From NCBI RefSeq assembly GCF_035721105.1, contig NZ_DASTNG010000017.1:23393-87392 (forward strand): a DNA stretch of 64,000 nucleotides. The letters run 5' to 3'. The notes below the pieces were generated by a model that saw nothing but the letters and a program-made list of their open reading frames with translations, did no database searches and was not told the origin of the DNA. The stretch comes from Arenimonas sp. GTDB taxonomy: Bacteria > Pseudomonadota > Gammaproteobacteria > Xanthomonadales > Xanthomonadaceae. Below, piece by piece: positions 1 to 10,514 of this stretch. Position 1 is the stretch's first letter. Each line of letters opens with the position of its first letter. The position numbers were made by a program, and so were the translations under genes.

Positions 1-2
1 CC

Positions 3-929
3 GCCCGGGCCCTGGCCCAGGTGGTGGTGAAGCTGACCGGCAACCCGCAGGCGGTCGCCGACCCGGTCGTGCGCCGCGCCCTGGCCAATGCCCAGAGCTA
101 CGTGACCACCAGCGACGCCAGCGAATCGAGCGATCAGCAGGGCAACACGGCCATCGGCGGCGTGCCGGTCTACAAGACCACCATGAGCTTCGCCTTCGAC
201 CCCAACGGCGTGGACGCGCTGATCGCGGCCGCCGGCCTGGACTACTGGGGCGGCGACCGGCCGCGCCCGATCCTGTGGCTGGCGATCGACGATGGCCGCG
301 GCGCGCGCCTGGTCAACGCCCAGCAGCTGGGCGTGGTGAAGCCGCTGGCCGATCGCGGGCTCGAGCGCGGCCTGCGCTTCGGCATGCCGGCCGGCAGCGC
401 GGTCGAACAGGCGGCGGTGCAAACCATCTGGAACCAGACCCCGGCGCCGATGCTGCCGCTCACCGCCCGCTACGGCGGCCAGGTGCAGCTGCTGGGCCGC
501 GTGTACCGCGCCGGTGCCGGCTGGAGCGCCGACTGGATCCTCAGCGACGGCGACCAGGAGCTTTCCCGCTGGTCGTTCAGCGATCCCAGCCCGCAGCGCG
601 CGATCGCCTCGGGTGCCGACGGCGCCGCCGACGCCATTGCCCGCCGCGATGCGGTGCCGCTGCAGGCCGGCGAACCGTCCACGCTGGTGGTGCAGGTCAC
701 CGGCCTGCGCGACGGCACCGACTTCACCCGCGCCATGGGTTACCTGCAGACGCTGGCGGTGGTGCGCGGCCTGCGCGTGGTGCGCGCCGAAGCCGATGCC
801 CTGGAGCTTGAGCTCGACCTCGCGGTCGGCGTCGAGGGCTTCGACCGCTTCGTCGCCGCCGGCACCGTGCTGGTCGCGGCCCCGGCCGGCCCCGACGCGG
901 CCGTGCCGGTCTACCGGCTGCTGCCATGA
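3..929 (+). CDS. DUF2066-family periplasmic protein, 5' end outside window
   Basis: Frame is open from the window edge. Sequence (MSFAFDPNGVDALIAAAGLDYWGGDRPRPILWLAIDDGRG) and position upstream of AI-2E/hda match the usual Xanthomonadales purM-neighbourhood gene. Confidence 0.75.
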   Translation, partial: ARALAQVVVKLTGNPQAVADPVVRRALANAQSYVTTSDASESSDQQGNTAIGGVPVYKTTMSFAFDPNGVDALIAAAGLDYWGGDRPRPILWLAIDDGRGARLVNAQQLGVVKPLADRGLERGLRFGMPAGSAVEQAAVQTIWNQTPAPMLPLTARYGGQVQLLGRVYRAGAGWSADWILSDGDQELSRWSFSDPSPQRAIASGADGAADAIARRDAVPLQAGEPSTLVVQVTGLRDGTDFTRAMGYLQTLAVVRGLRVVRAEADALELELDLAVGVEGFDRFVAAGTVLVAAPAGPDAAVPVYRLLP

Positions 930-2143
930 GCGCGCCGGTCGCCCAGGCGCCCGATCCCTTCAGCGACCGCCGCCGCTGGCAGTGGCTGGCGCTGGCGGGC
1001 GCGGTCGGCCTGCTGGTGTGGCTGCTGGCGCCCATCCTCACGCCCTTCGTGGTCTCGGCCCTGCTGGCCTGGCTGGGCGAGCCGCTGGTGCGCCGCCTCG
1101 AGCAAGGCGGCCGCTCGCGCACGGTGGCCGTGCTGCTGGTGTTCTCGCTGATGACCCTGGTGATCGTGCTGGCGGTGCTGCTGCTGATCCCGCTGATCGA
1201 AAACCAGGTCTCGAAGCTGATCGACTGGCTGCCGCGCTTCGGCGCCTGGCTCACCGGCACCGCGGTGCCCTGGGCCGAGCAGCGCTTCAACCTGGACCTG
1301 GCCGGCTACATCGACCCCAGCCAGCTGATCGAACTGCTGAAAAAGCACTGGCAGGAAGCGGGCGGCGTCGCCGCCAGCGTGTTCGGCGGCGTGTCGAAGT
1401 CGGGCCTGGCGATCCTGGGCTGGATGGCCAACCTGGCGCTGATCCCGGTGGTCACCTTCTACTTCATGCGCGACGGTGGCGCGATGCTCGGCAAGGTGCG
1501 CGACCTGCTGCCGCGTCCGGTCGAGCCGGTGGTGTCGAGGCTGACGCACGAATCCGACCAGGTGCTGGGCGGCTTCATCCGCGGCCAGCTGAGCGTGATG
1601 ATCGCGCTGGGCGCCATCTATGCCGTCGGCCTGAGTGCGGTGGGCGTGGACCTGGGCATCCTGATCGGCATCGTCGCCGGCCTGGTCAGCTTCGTGCCGT
1701 ACCTGGGCGCCATCGTTGGCGTCGGCGCGGCGGTCATCGCGACCCTGGTGCAGCACGGCGACCTGATGCACCTGGCGCTGGTGCTGGGCGTGTTCGGGCT
1801 GGGGCAGCTGCTGGAAAGCTTCTGGCTGACGCCGTGGCTGGTGGGCGACAAGATCGGCCTGCATCCGGTGGCGGTGATCTTCGCGATCATGGCCGGCGGC
1901 CAGCTGTTCGGCTTCCTGGGCGTGCTGCTGGCGCTGCCGGTGGCCGCGGTGCTGGTGGTCGTGCTGCGTTATGCGCATGCGCGCTACACCGCCAGCCAGC
2001 TGTATGGCGCCGACGATGACGCCGCCGCCGAGCCTGCCGCCGCCAACGCGTCCGCCGCCGGCGAGCCCTCTGGTCCGAAGGCCGAAGGCGAGCCCGCGCC
2101 GGGCCCGACCGCCCCGTCCCGGGAACCGCGCGACCCGCCGTGA
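926..2143 (+). CDS. AI-2E family (PerM-like) transporter
   Basis: Multi-TM protein with LSFVPYLG and IGLHPVAVIFAIMAGGQLFGFLGVLLALP motifs. ATGA overlap with the upstream gene. Confidence 0.9.
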   Translation: MSAPVAQAPDPFSDRRRWQWLALAGAVGLLVWLLAPILTPFVVSALLAWLGEPLVRRLEQGGRSRTVAVLLVFSLMTLVIVLAVLLLIPLIENQVSKLIDWLPRFGAWLTGTAVPWAEQRFNLDLAGYIDPSQLIELLKKHWQEAGGVAASVFGGVSKSGLAILGWMANLALIPVVTFYFMRDGGAMLGKVRDLLPRPVEPVVSRLTHESDQVLGGFIRGQLSVMIALGAIYAVGLSAVGVDLGILIGIVAGLVSFVPYLGAIVGVGAAVIATLVQHGDLMHLALVLGVFGLGQLLESFWLTPWLVGDKIGLHPVAVIFAIMAGGQLFGFLGVLLALPVAAVLVVVLRYAHARYTASQLYGADDDAAAEPAAANASAAGEPSGPKAEGEPAPGPTAPSREPRDPP

Positions 2144-2838
2144 CCACCCCGCAGCTTCCGCTGTCGCTGCGCACGCCGCCCGACCAGCAGTTCGACGCCT
2201 TCCACGGCCAGCCGGACGTGCGCGACGCCGTGCGCGCCGGGGCGCGCGGCGCGTCCGGCGACTGGCTCTACCTCGCGGGCCCGGCCGGCAGCGGCAAGAC
2301 CCACCTGCTGTTGGCCGCCTGCGCCGAAGCCACCGCGGCCGGCCGCCGCGCCGCCTACCTGCCGCTGCCGGCCTTCGCCGGCCGGCTGGAGCAGGCGCTG
2401 TCGGCGCAGGAGGGCGCGGCCCTGGTCTGCCTGGACGGCCTGGAGGCGATCGCGGGGCAGGCGGCCGATGAAGTAGCGCTGTTCCACTTCCACAACCGCG
2501 CCCGCGCCAGCGGCGCAGGGGTGATGTACGCGGCGCGGGCGCAGCCGGCGGCGCTGGGCCTGGGCCTGCCCGACCTGGCGACGCGCCTGGGCCAGTGCGT
2601 GCGGCTGGCGCTGGCGCCGCTGGACGACGCCGGTCGCCGCGAGGTGCTGCGCCAGCGCGGCGCGCGCCGCGGGCTCGACCTCGACGACGCCGTGCTCGAT
2701 TACCTGCTGCGCCGGGTCGATCGCGACCTGGGCAGCCTGACCCGCCTGCTCGAGCGCATCGATCGCGCCAGCCTGGCCGCGCAGCGGCGCGTCACCATCC
2801 CCTTCCTGCGCACCCTGCTGCAGGACGCCGCGAACTAG
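2140..2838 (+). CDS. hda: DnaA regulatory inactivator Hda
   Basis: N-terminal clamp-binding QLPLSL, Walker A GPAGSGKTHLL, C-terminal LDRASLAAQRRVTIPFLR-type helix. Conserved synteny. Confidence 0.93.
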   Translation: MTTPQLPLSLRTPPDQQFDAFHGQPDVRDAVRAGARGASGDWLYLAGPAGSGKTHLLLAACAEATAAGRRAAYLPLPAFAGRLEQALSAQEGAALVCLDGLEAIAGQAADEVALFHFHNRARASGAGVMYAARAQPAALGLGLPDLATRLGQCVRLALAPLDDAGRREVLRQRGARRGLDLDDAVLDYLLRRVDRDLGSLTRLLERIDRASLAAQRRVTIPFLRTLLQDAAN

Positions 2839-3971
2839 ACGCTGTTGGCCACCACGATCCGGTCGCGGCCCTCGCGCTTGGCCTGGTACAGCGCCGCATC
2901 GGCCTGGGCGAGCAGGTCGTTGAGCACGTCGCCCGGCCGCCAGGTCGCGATGCCGATGCTGAGCGTGGAACCGAACTCGCTGGCGCGGAGCCGGTAGTCC
3001 TGGCCCAGCCTTTCGGCGAAGCGCCGCGCGTGGTCCAGGCTGGCGCCCGGCAGCAGGCAGGCGAACTCCTCGCCGCCCAGGCGCGCGCAGTATTCGCCGG
3101 TGCCGATGCGCGCCGCCAGCACTTCGCCCAGCATCACCAGCAGCTGGTCGCCGACCAGGTGGCCGTGCTGGTCGTTGGTGCGCTTGAAGTAGTCGACGTC
3201 GATGAACAGCACCGCCGGCACCTGGCCGGCCTCGGTCGCCTCGGCCAGCGCGGTGCCGGCCAGGTTCATCCAGCCCTCGCGGTTGAGCAGGCCGGTGAGC
3301 GGATCGCTGACCGCGCGCTGCCACAGCGTTTCCACCCGGCGGTCCAGGCGCGTGGCCAGGTTCGAACGGGCGCGCCGCAGCAGCAGGCCCGCGGCCGTGG
3401 CCAGCGCGTAGTAGAAGGCGAACAGGCCCAGCTCGCCGGCGGGCGCCGGGCTTTGCCAGGCCAGCGCGCCAACCACCGCGGTCGCCACCGCCAGTCCACC
3501 GAAGGTCATGTGCGGACGCACCAGCAGCGGCAGCCAGGTGACCGGCAGCAGCAGGAACACGGCCATCGGCAGCAGTGACTGGCCCGGCCAGCGCAGCGTG
3601 GGCAGGGCCAGGCAGGCCAGCAGCAGCGCGCCGAACACCGAGCCCAGCACGCGCCGGCGCCGGATCGACACCACGTGCCGGTAGCGCCAGGCCATCACGG
3701 CCAGCGCCGCCACGCCGGCGGCCTGCCAGGCCAGCCGCGCCGACAGCGCGCCGTTGATCAGCGACTCGGCCAGCGCCACCACGGCCGCCAGCACGGTCAT
3801 GCCCAGCAGCAGGTTGCTCATCGCCGCATGCAGCAGCTGGATCTGGCGGCGGTACTGTTCGCGCCGCTCGTGCGCAGGCAGGCCCGCCACCTCGCCCTCG
3901 AAGGCGTGGCGGAGCAGGGAGCGTGCGGTCAGGGCGGGCGCGGCGTTTTGCACCGGGTCATTAGCGGTCAT
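2835..3971 (-). CDS. Membrane-bound diguanylate cyclase (GGDEF)
   Basis: Several N-terminal TM helices, then SDPLTGLLNR, LFIDVDYFKRTNDQHGHLVGD and RLGGEEF. Confidence 0.9.
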   Translation of the reverse strand: MTANDPVQNAAPALTARSLLRHAFEGEVAGLPAHERREQYRRQIQLLHAAMSNLLLGMTVLAAVVALAESLINGALSARLAWQAAGVAALAVMAWRYRHVVSIRRRRVLGSVFGALLLACLALPTLRWPGQSLLPMAVFLLLPVTWLPLLVRPHMTFGGLAVATAVVGALAWQSPAPAGELGLFAFYYALATAAGLLLRRARSNLATRLDRRVETLWQRAVSDPLTGLLNREGWMNLAGTALAEATEAGQVPAVLFIDVDYFKRTNDQHGHLVGDQLLVMLGEVLAARIGTGEYCARLGGEEFACLLPGASLDHARRFAERLGQDYRLRASEFGSTLSIGIATWRPGDVLNDLLAQADAALYQAKREGRDRIVVANSV

Positions 3972-4088
3972 TGCCGCGGCGGGCGCAAGGCAGCCAGCCG
4001 GGCCGGGCGCCGCGGAACTGAGCGGCGGATGAAGCCCGGGGCCCGGCGCGCAGGAACCGTGACGCGGCGCACGGCCCCGGCAACGGCA

Positions 4089-5791
<1,703 letters not shown>

Positions 5792-5798
5792 CCCCCGA

Positions 5799-5970
5799 TT
5801 ATCACCCGACACCCTCCCCGTTATCACCGGCAAACTCCCTGCCATCGCCCGATACCCTCCCTCCTGTCGCCCGACACCCTCCCTCCTATTGCCCGAGACC
5901 CTCCGTCCCATCGCCCGATACCCTCCCTCTTATCGCCCGATACCCTCCCTCCTGTCGCCCGATACCCTCC
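5799..5970. repeat. Degenerate tandem repeat, 8 units of ~22 nt (consensus CTRTCGCCCGATACCCTCCCTC)
   Basis: Units read directly at 5799, 5821, 5842, 5864, 5886, 5908, 5930 and 5952. The last unit abuts a REP. Confidence 0.9.
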
Positions 5971-6076
5971 CTGTAGGAGCGCCTTCAGGCGCGAAGCTTT
6001 TGGCGGAGCTTTTCGGGAATTCCGTTGATCCCCGAGTCCTTCGCGAAAAGATTCGCGCCTGAAGGCGCTCCTACAG
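5971..6076. repeat. REP doublet (GTAG class, subtype A)
   Basis: CTGTAGGAGCGCCTTCAGGCGCGAA ... TTCGCGCCTGAAGGCGCTCCTACAG inverted pair, intergenic. Confidence 0.92.
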
Positions 6077-6184
6077 GAGGGCGGGATTAATCCCGGGGGG
6101 GCGTTTGGCGAGGTTACGGGAAGGGTTCTCGGGGCCAGAGCTAGCGGGCATCATGGGGGCAGGCTTCCGACCCGCGGTCCCCCC

Positions 6185-7699
6185 ATGTCCCTGATCGTCC
6201 CCGTCCTGCTCTCCGGCGGCTCCGGCACCCGGCTCTGGCCGCTGTCGCGCGAAACCCATCCCAAGCAGTTCCAGCCGCTGGTGGGCGAGCAGTCGCTGCT
6301 GCAGGCGACCTGGCAGCGCCTGGCCGGGCTGGCGGGCGCGGGGGCGCCGATCGTGGTGGCGAACGAGGAGCACCGCTTCATGGTGGCCGAACAGCTGCGC
6401 CAGGTCGGCGTGACCCCGGCCGCCCTGCTGCTCGAGCCGGTGGGCCGCAACACCGCCCCGGCCATCGCCGCCGCGGCCCTGCAGGCCCAGGCCGACGGCA
6501 GTGATCCGCTGCTGCTGGTGCTGCCCTCGGACCACGTCATCCGCGACGAGGCCGGCTTCCGCGCCGCCGTGCAGGCCGCGGTGCCCGCCGCCGAGGGCGG
6601 CCAGCTGGTCACCTTCGGCGTGGTGCCCGCCGCGCCCGAAACCGGCTACGGCTACATCAAAGCCGCCCCGTCCCCTGTAGGAGCGCCTTCCGGCGCGAAT
6701 CTTTCCGCGAAGGGCTTCGCGCCTGAAGGCGCTCCTACAGAGGGGCAGTCGGTGGGGCGGGCGGAGGTGCGGGCGGTGGAACGGTTCGTGGAGAAGCCGG
6801 ACCTCGCCACGGCGCAGGCCTACGTCGCCAGCGGCGACTACTTCTGGAACTCGGGCATGTTCCTGTTCCGGGCCTCGCGCTACCTGGACGAACTGCAGGC
6901 GTTCGCGCCGGCGATGCTGGCCGCGGCCCGGGCCGCGCTGGCCGGGGCCACGCGCGACGTCGACTTCCTGCGCCTGGACCGGGCCGCGTTCGAAGCCTGC
7001 CCGGCCGACTCCATCGATTACGCGGTGATGGAAAAAACTTCTCAGGCCGCCGTGCTGCCGATCTCGGTGGGCTGGAGCGATGTAGGCTCGTGGTCGGCGC
7101 TGTGGGAAATCGCCGACCAGGACCCGGACGGCAATGCCCACCACGGCGACGTGCTGGCGATCGACTGCCGCAACACCCTGGCCTGGGGCGGCCGCCGGCT
7201 GGTCAGTCTGCTGGGCCTGGACGACGTGATCGTGGTCGACACCGACGATGCGCTGCTGGTGGCGGCGCGGGACCAGGTGCAGAAAGTCAAGGAGATAGTT
7301 TCTGCCCTGAAAATTCAGGGTCGTCCGCAGGCCAGCGTGCACCGCAAGGTGTATCGTCCCTGGGGCAGCTACGACGGCATCGACAGCGGCGACCGCTTCC
7401 AGGTCAAGCGCATCGTGGTCAAGCCGGGGGCGGCGCTGAGCCTGCAGATGCACCACCACCGGGCCGAGCACTGGATCGTGGTTAGCGGCAGTGCCCGGGT
7501 CACCTGCGATGACAAGGTGTTCCTGCTGGCCGAGAACCAGAGCACCTACATCCCGCTGGGCAGCAAGCACCGCCTGGAAAACCCCGGCAAGGTGCCGCTG
7601 GAGCTGATCGAGGTGCAATCGGGCAGCTACCTGGGCGAGGATGACATCGTGCGGTTCGAGGACGTGTATGGCCGTGGCCCGGACCCTACGCGGGGCTGA
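6185..7699 (+). CDS. manC: Mannose-1-phosphate guanylyltransferase / mannose-6-phosphate isomerase, with a REP-derived insertion
   Basis: LLSGGSGTRLWPLSR, EPVGRNTAPA, FVEKPD, WNSGMF, C-terminal cupin RPWGSY and LSLQMHHHRAEHW. Confidence 0.95.
   Translation: MSLIVPVLLSGGSGTRLWPLSRETHPKQFQPLVGEQSLLQATWQRLAGLAGAGAPIVVANEEHRFMVAEQLRQVGVTPAALLLEPVGRNTAPAIAAAALQAQADGSDPLLLVLPSDHVIRDEAGFRAAVQAAVPAAEGGQLVTFGVVPAAPETGYGYIKAAPSPVGAPSGANLSAKGFAPEGAPTEGQSVGRAEVRAVERFVEKPDLATAQAYVASGDYFWNSGMFLFRASRYLDELQAFAPAMLAAARAALAGATRDVDFLRLDRAAFEACPADSIDYAVMEKTSQAAVLPISVGWSDVGSWSALWEIADQDPDGNAHHGDVLAIDCRNTLAWGGRRLVSLLGLDDVIVVDTDDALLVAARDQVQKVKEIVSALKIQGRPQASVHRKVYRPWGSYDGIDSGDRFQVKRIVVKPGAALSLQMHHHRAEHWIVVSGSARVTCDDKVFLLAENQSTYIPLGSKHRLENPGKVPLELIEVQSGSYLGEDDIVRFEDVYGRGPDPTRG
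6675..6740. repeat. REP doublet inserted in frame inside manC
   Basis: CTGTAGGAGCGCCTTCCGGCGCGAA...TTCGCGCCTGAAGGCGCTCCTACAG, translated as [22 protein letters not shown]. Confidence 0.92.
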
Positions 7700-7785
7700 C
7701 ACAGGCGGGCTGCAAACTGCTGGATCAACGCGATCCTGAACCGGGCCGGGTGGCCTGAAAAAAGGAAAAAGGCGTTTTCATCCGC

Positions 7786-8922
7786 ATGGACTACCTCAAA
7801 CTCATCGACCAGCTCGAACCCCAGGCCTGGCAGCGGCTCGCCTTCAGCTTCGCCGCCTGCACCCTGCTGATGCCGCTGGCGCTGCCGCTGGCGCGCCGGT
7901 TCGGCCTGGTCGACCACCCCGGCGGCCGCAAGGACCACGGCTGCGCGATGCCGGTGGTGGGCGGGCTGGTGATCTACCTGGTGGTGGTGGCCGGGTTCCT
8001 GCTGTTCGAACAGACCAACAGCCTGCGCACCTGGGCCTTCATCGGCGGTGCCGGGCTGCTGGTGCTCGTGGGCCAGCTGGACGACTACTACGACCTGCGC
8101 TGGACCTGGCGCATCGGCGCCCAGTCGGTGGCGGCGCTGCTGATGGCCCTGGCCGGCGGCGTGATGGCCACCAACCTGCAGGACGTCTTTGGTTTCGCCG
8201 CGGCCAACATCGGCCTGCTGGCGGTGCCGTTCACCGTGTTCATCGTGGTCGGCGTCATCAATGCGCTGAACATGGCCGATGGCGTCGACGGCCTGGCCGG
8301 CAGCCTGTCGGTGGTGGCGCTGGTGCTGTTCGCGGCCTTTGGCCTGTACTCGGGCAACCTGCTGGTGGTCGAGCGCATGCTGGCGGTGGCCGCGGCGGTG
8401 CTGGGCTTCCTGGTCTGGAACGCGCGCTTCCCCTGGCAGGCGAGGGCCAAGGTCTTCCTGGGCAACGGCGGCAGCATGCTGCTGGGCTTCACCATTGCCT
8501 ATGGTTCGGTGCGGCTGTCGCAGGCGCCCGACCATCCGGTGTCGCCGGTGCTGGGGCCGTGGGCGCTGGCGCTGCCGCTGATCGACTGCGTCGCCCTGAT
8601 GATCCGCCGCTGGCGCCAGGGCCGCTCGCCCTTCGCGGCCGACCGCCACCACATGCACCACATGCTGCTCGACGCCGGCTTCCGGGCCACGGCCGTGGTG
8701 GCGATCATCGCCGGCGGCTCGCTGCTGCTGGGCCTGGCCGCGGCCGTGGCGCTGAAGCTGGGCGTGTACCGGCCGCTGCTGGTGCTGGCCTTCCTGGTGT
8801 TGCTGGCGGGCTGGTACGCATTCAGCGCCGATTACGACCGCGCGGTCGCGAGGCTGGCAGGCTGGCGCAAGGCCCGCCGGCCCGGCCCCAGCGCCGACGC
8901 CGCGGAATCGGAAGCCCATTGA
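7786..8922 (+). CDS. wecA: MraY/WecA-family undecaprenyl-phosphate HexNAc-1-P transferase (initiating glycosyltransferase)
   Basis: DHPGGRKDH, GQLDDYYDL, NALNMADGVDGLA, VFLGNGGS (variant of FMGDxG), ADRHHMHHML. Multi-TM. Confidence 0.8.
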   Translation: MDYLKLIDQLEPQAWQRLAFSFAACTLLMPLALPLARRFGLVDHPGGRKDHGCAMPVVGGLVIYLVVVAGFLLFEQTNSLRTWAFIGGAGLLVLVGQLDDYYDLRWTWRIGAQSVAALLMALAGGVMATNLQDVFGFAAANIGLLAVPFTVFIVVGVINALNMADGVDGLAGSLSVVALVLFAAFGLYSGNLLVVERMLAVAAAVLGFLVWNARFPWQARAKVFLGNGGSMLLGFTIAYGSVRLSQAPDHPVSPVLGPWALALPLIDCVALMIRRWRQGRSPFAADRHHMHHMLLDAGFRATAVVAIIAGGSLLLGLAAAVALKLGVYRPLLVLAFLVLLAGWYAFSADYDRAVARLAGWRKARRPGPSADAAESEAH

Positions 8923-8935
8923 CCCAGGCCCCCGG

Positions 8936-9733
8936 ATGATCGACCTGCACTGCCACCTGCTGCCCGGCATCGACGACGGCCCGACCACGCTGGACGTGTC
9001 GCTGGCGATGGCGCGCTGCGCCGTGGACGACGGCATCACCTTCACCGCCTGCACCCCGCACATCTATCCCGGCCTGTACGAGAACAACCGCGCCGGCATC
9101 GAGGCCGCGGTCGACGCCCTGCGCCTGGCCCTGGCCGAGGCCGGCATCCCGCTGCAGCTGGGCACCGGCGCCGACACCCACCTGGCGCCCGACCTGGCCG
9201 GCGGCATCCGCAGCGGCCGCGTGCCCACGATCAACGGCAGCCGCTACCTGCTGCTGGAGCCGCCGCACCACGTGGCGCCGCCGCGCTTCGACGAATCGGT
9301 GTTCAACCTGATGGCCGCCGGCATCGTGCCGGTGATCACCCATCCCGAGCGCCTGAGCTGGATCGAGACCCACTACACCGTGTTCGCCGACCTGGTGCGG
9401 CAGGGCGCGTGGATGCAGCTCACCGCCGGCAGCCTCACCGGCCGCTTCGGCCGCCGTCCGAAATACTGGGCCGAGCGCATGCTCGACGAAGGCCTGGTGC
9501 ACATCCTCGCCACCGACTCGCACCACATCGACAAGCGCCCGCCGCTGCTGGCCGAGGGCCGCGAGGCCGCGGCCGCCCGCGTCGGCGCCGAAGAAGCCAC
9601 GCACATGGTGCTGACCCGCCCGCAGGGCATCCTCGACGACCTGCCGCCGGGCCAGCTGCCGCCCTTGCCTGAACGACCGCGCGCCGCCGAATCGCGGCCC
9701 GGTTTTTGGCAGCGTCTGTTTGGCACCGCATAA
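8936..9733 (+). CDS. CpsB/CapC-type PHP tyrosine-protein phosphatase
   Basis: MIDLHCHLLPGIDDGP, TPH, ITHPER, ILATDSHH metal-binding motifs. Confidence 0.92.
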   Translation: MIDLHCHLLPGIDDGPTTLDVSLAMARCAVDDGITFTACTPHIYPGLYENNRAGIEAAVDALRLALAEAGIPLQLGTGADTHLAPDLAGGIRSGRVPTINGSRYLLLEPPHHVAPPRFDESVFNLMAAGIVPVITHPERLSWIETHYTVFADLVRQGAWMQLTAGSLTGRFGRRPKYWAERMLDEGLVHILATDSHHIDKRPPLLAEGREAAAARVGAEEATHMVLTRPQGILDDLPPGQLPPLPERPRAAESRPGFWQRLFGTA

Positions 9734-9761
9734 TGCTTCGCCCGGGCCCCCAGGAGACCCC

Positions 9762-10487
9762 ATGACCCATTCCATCCTCCGGACCCTCGCTGTCCTGTTC
9801 CTTGCCACGCTGCTGGTGGCCTGCGGCACCTCGACCAGCCAGTCGGTGCGGTCGGGCACCAGCAAGGCCGTCACCGCCACCGACGAGCTGGGCGAGCCCG
9901 ACACCCGCGCCGACTCCGGCGCCTACACCGGCAGCAGCGAATACCGGGTCGGCCCGCAGGACCTGCTCGAGATCAGCGTGTTCCAGGTCAACGACCTCAA
10001 CCGCACCGTGCGCGTGAACAGCAATGGCCAGATCTCGCTGCCCCTGATCGGCGTCGTCCAGGCCGGCGGCAACACCGTGCAGGAGCTCGAGGCGCTGGTG
10101 GCGCAGAAGCTGTCCGACCAGTACCTGCAGTCGCCGCAGGTCAGCGTGTTCGTCAAGGAATTCACCAGCCAGCGGGTGACGCTGGAGGGCGCGATCGCCA
10201 AGCCCGGCATCTATCCGATCACCGGCAAGACCTCGCTGCTGCAGGCGCTGGCCATGGGCGGCGGGCCGTCCGAGCTGGCCAACCTGCAGGGCGTGGTGGT
10301 CTTCCGCGTGGTCGACGGCCAGAAGATGGCCGCGGTGTTCGACCTCAAGCAAATCCGCGCCGGCGATGCCGTCGACCCGCAGATCTACGGCGACGACATC
10401 GTGGTGATCGACCAGTCCGGCGCCAAGACCGGCCTGCGTCGCATCCTGGAAACCATCCCGGTCTTCAATCTGTTCCGCGTCTACTGA
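9762..10487 (+). CDS. wza: Polysaccharide export lipoprotein (Wza/EpsE-like, Poly_export + SLBB)
   Basis: CAGGAG RBS, lipobox LVAC, YRVGPQDLLEISVF, GQISLPLIG. Confidence 0.85.
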   Translation: MTHSILRTLAVLFLATLLVACGTSTSQSVRSGTSKAVTATDELGEPDTRADSGAYTGSSEYRVGPQDLLEISVFQVNDLNRTVRVNSNGQISLPLIGVVQAGGNTVQELEALVAQKLSDQYLQSPQVSVFVKEFTSQRVTLEGAIAKPGIYPITGKTSLLQALAMGGGPSELANLQGVVVFRVVDGQKMAAVFDLKQIRAGDAVDPQIYGDDIVVIDQSGAKTGLRRILETIPVFNLFRVY

Positions 10488-10514
10488 CCGGCCGCTTTCC
10501 AAGGGAATGACCTG

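Noticed and set aside
2835-3971. GGDEF gene convergently overlapping hda as a replication/c-di-GMP link
   Set aside because: A 4-bp convergent stop overlap is common in compact genomes and there is no further evidence of coupling.
5799-5970. Possible CRISPR array
   Set aside because: The units are directly adjacent with no unique spacers, are degenerate, and there are no cas genes.
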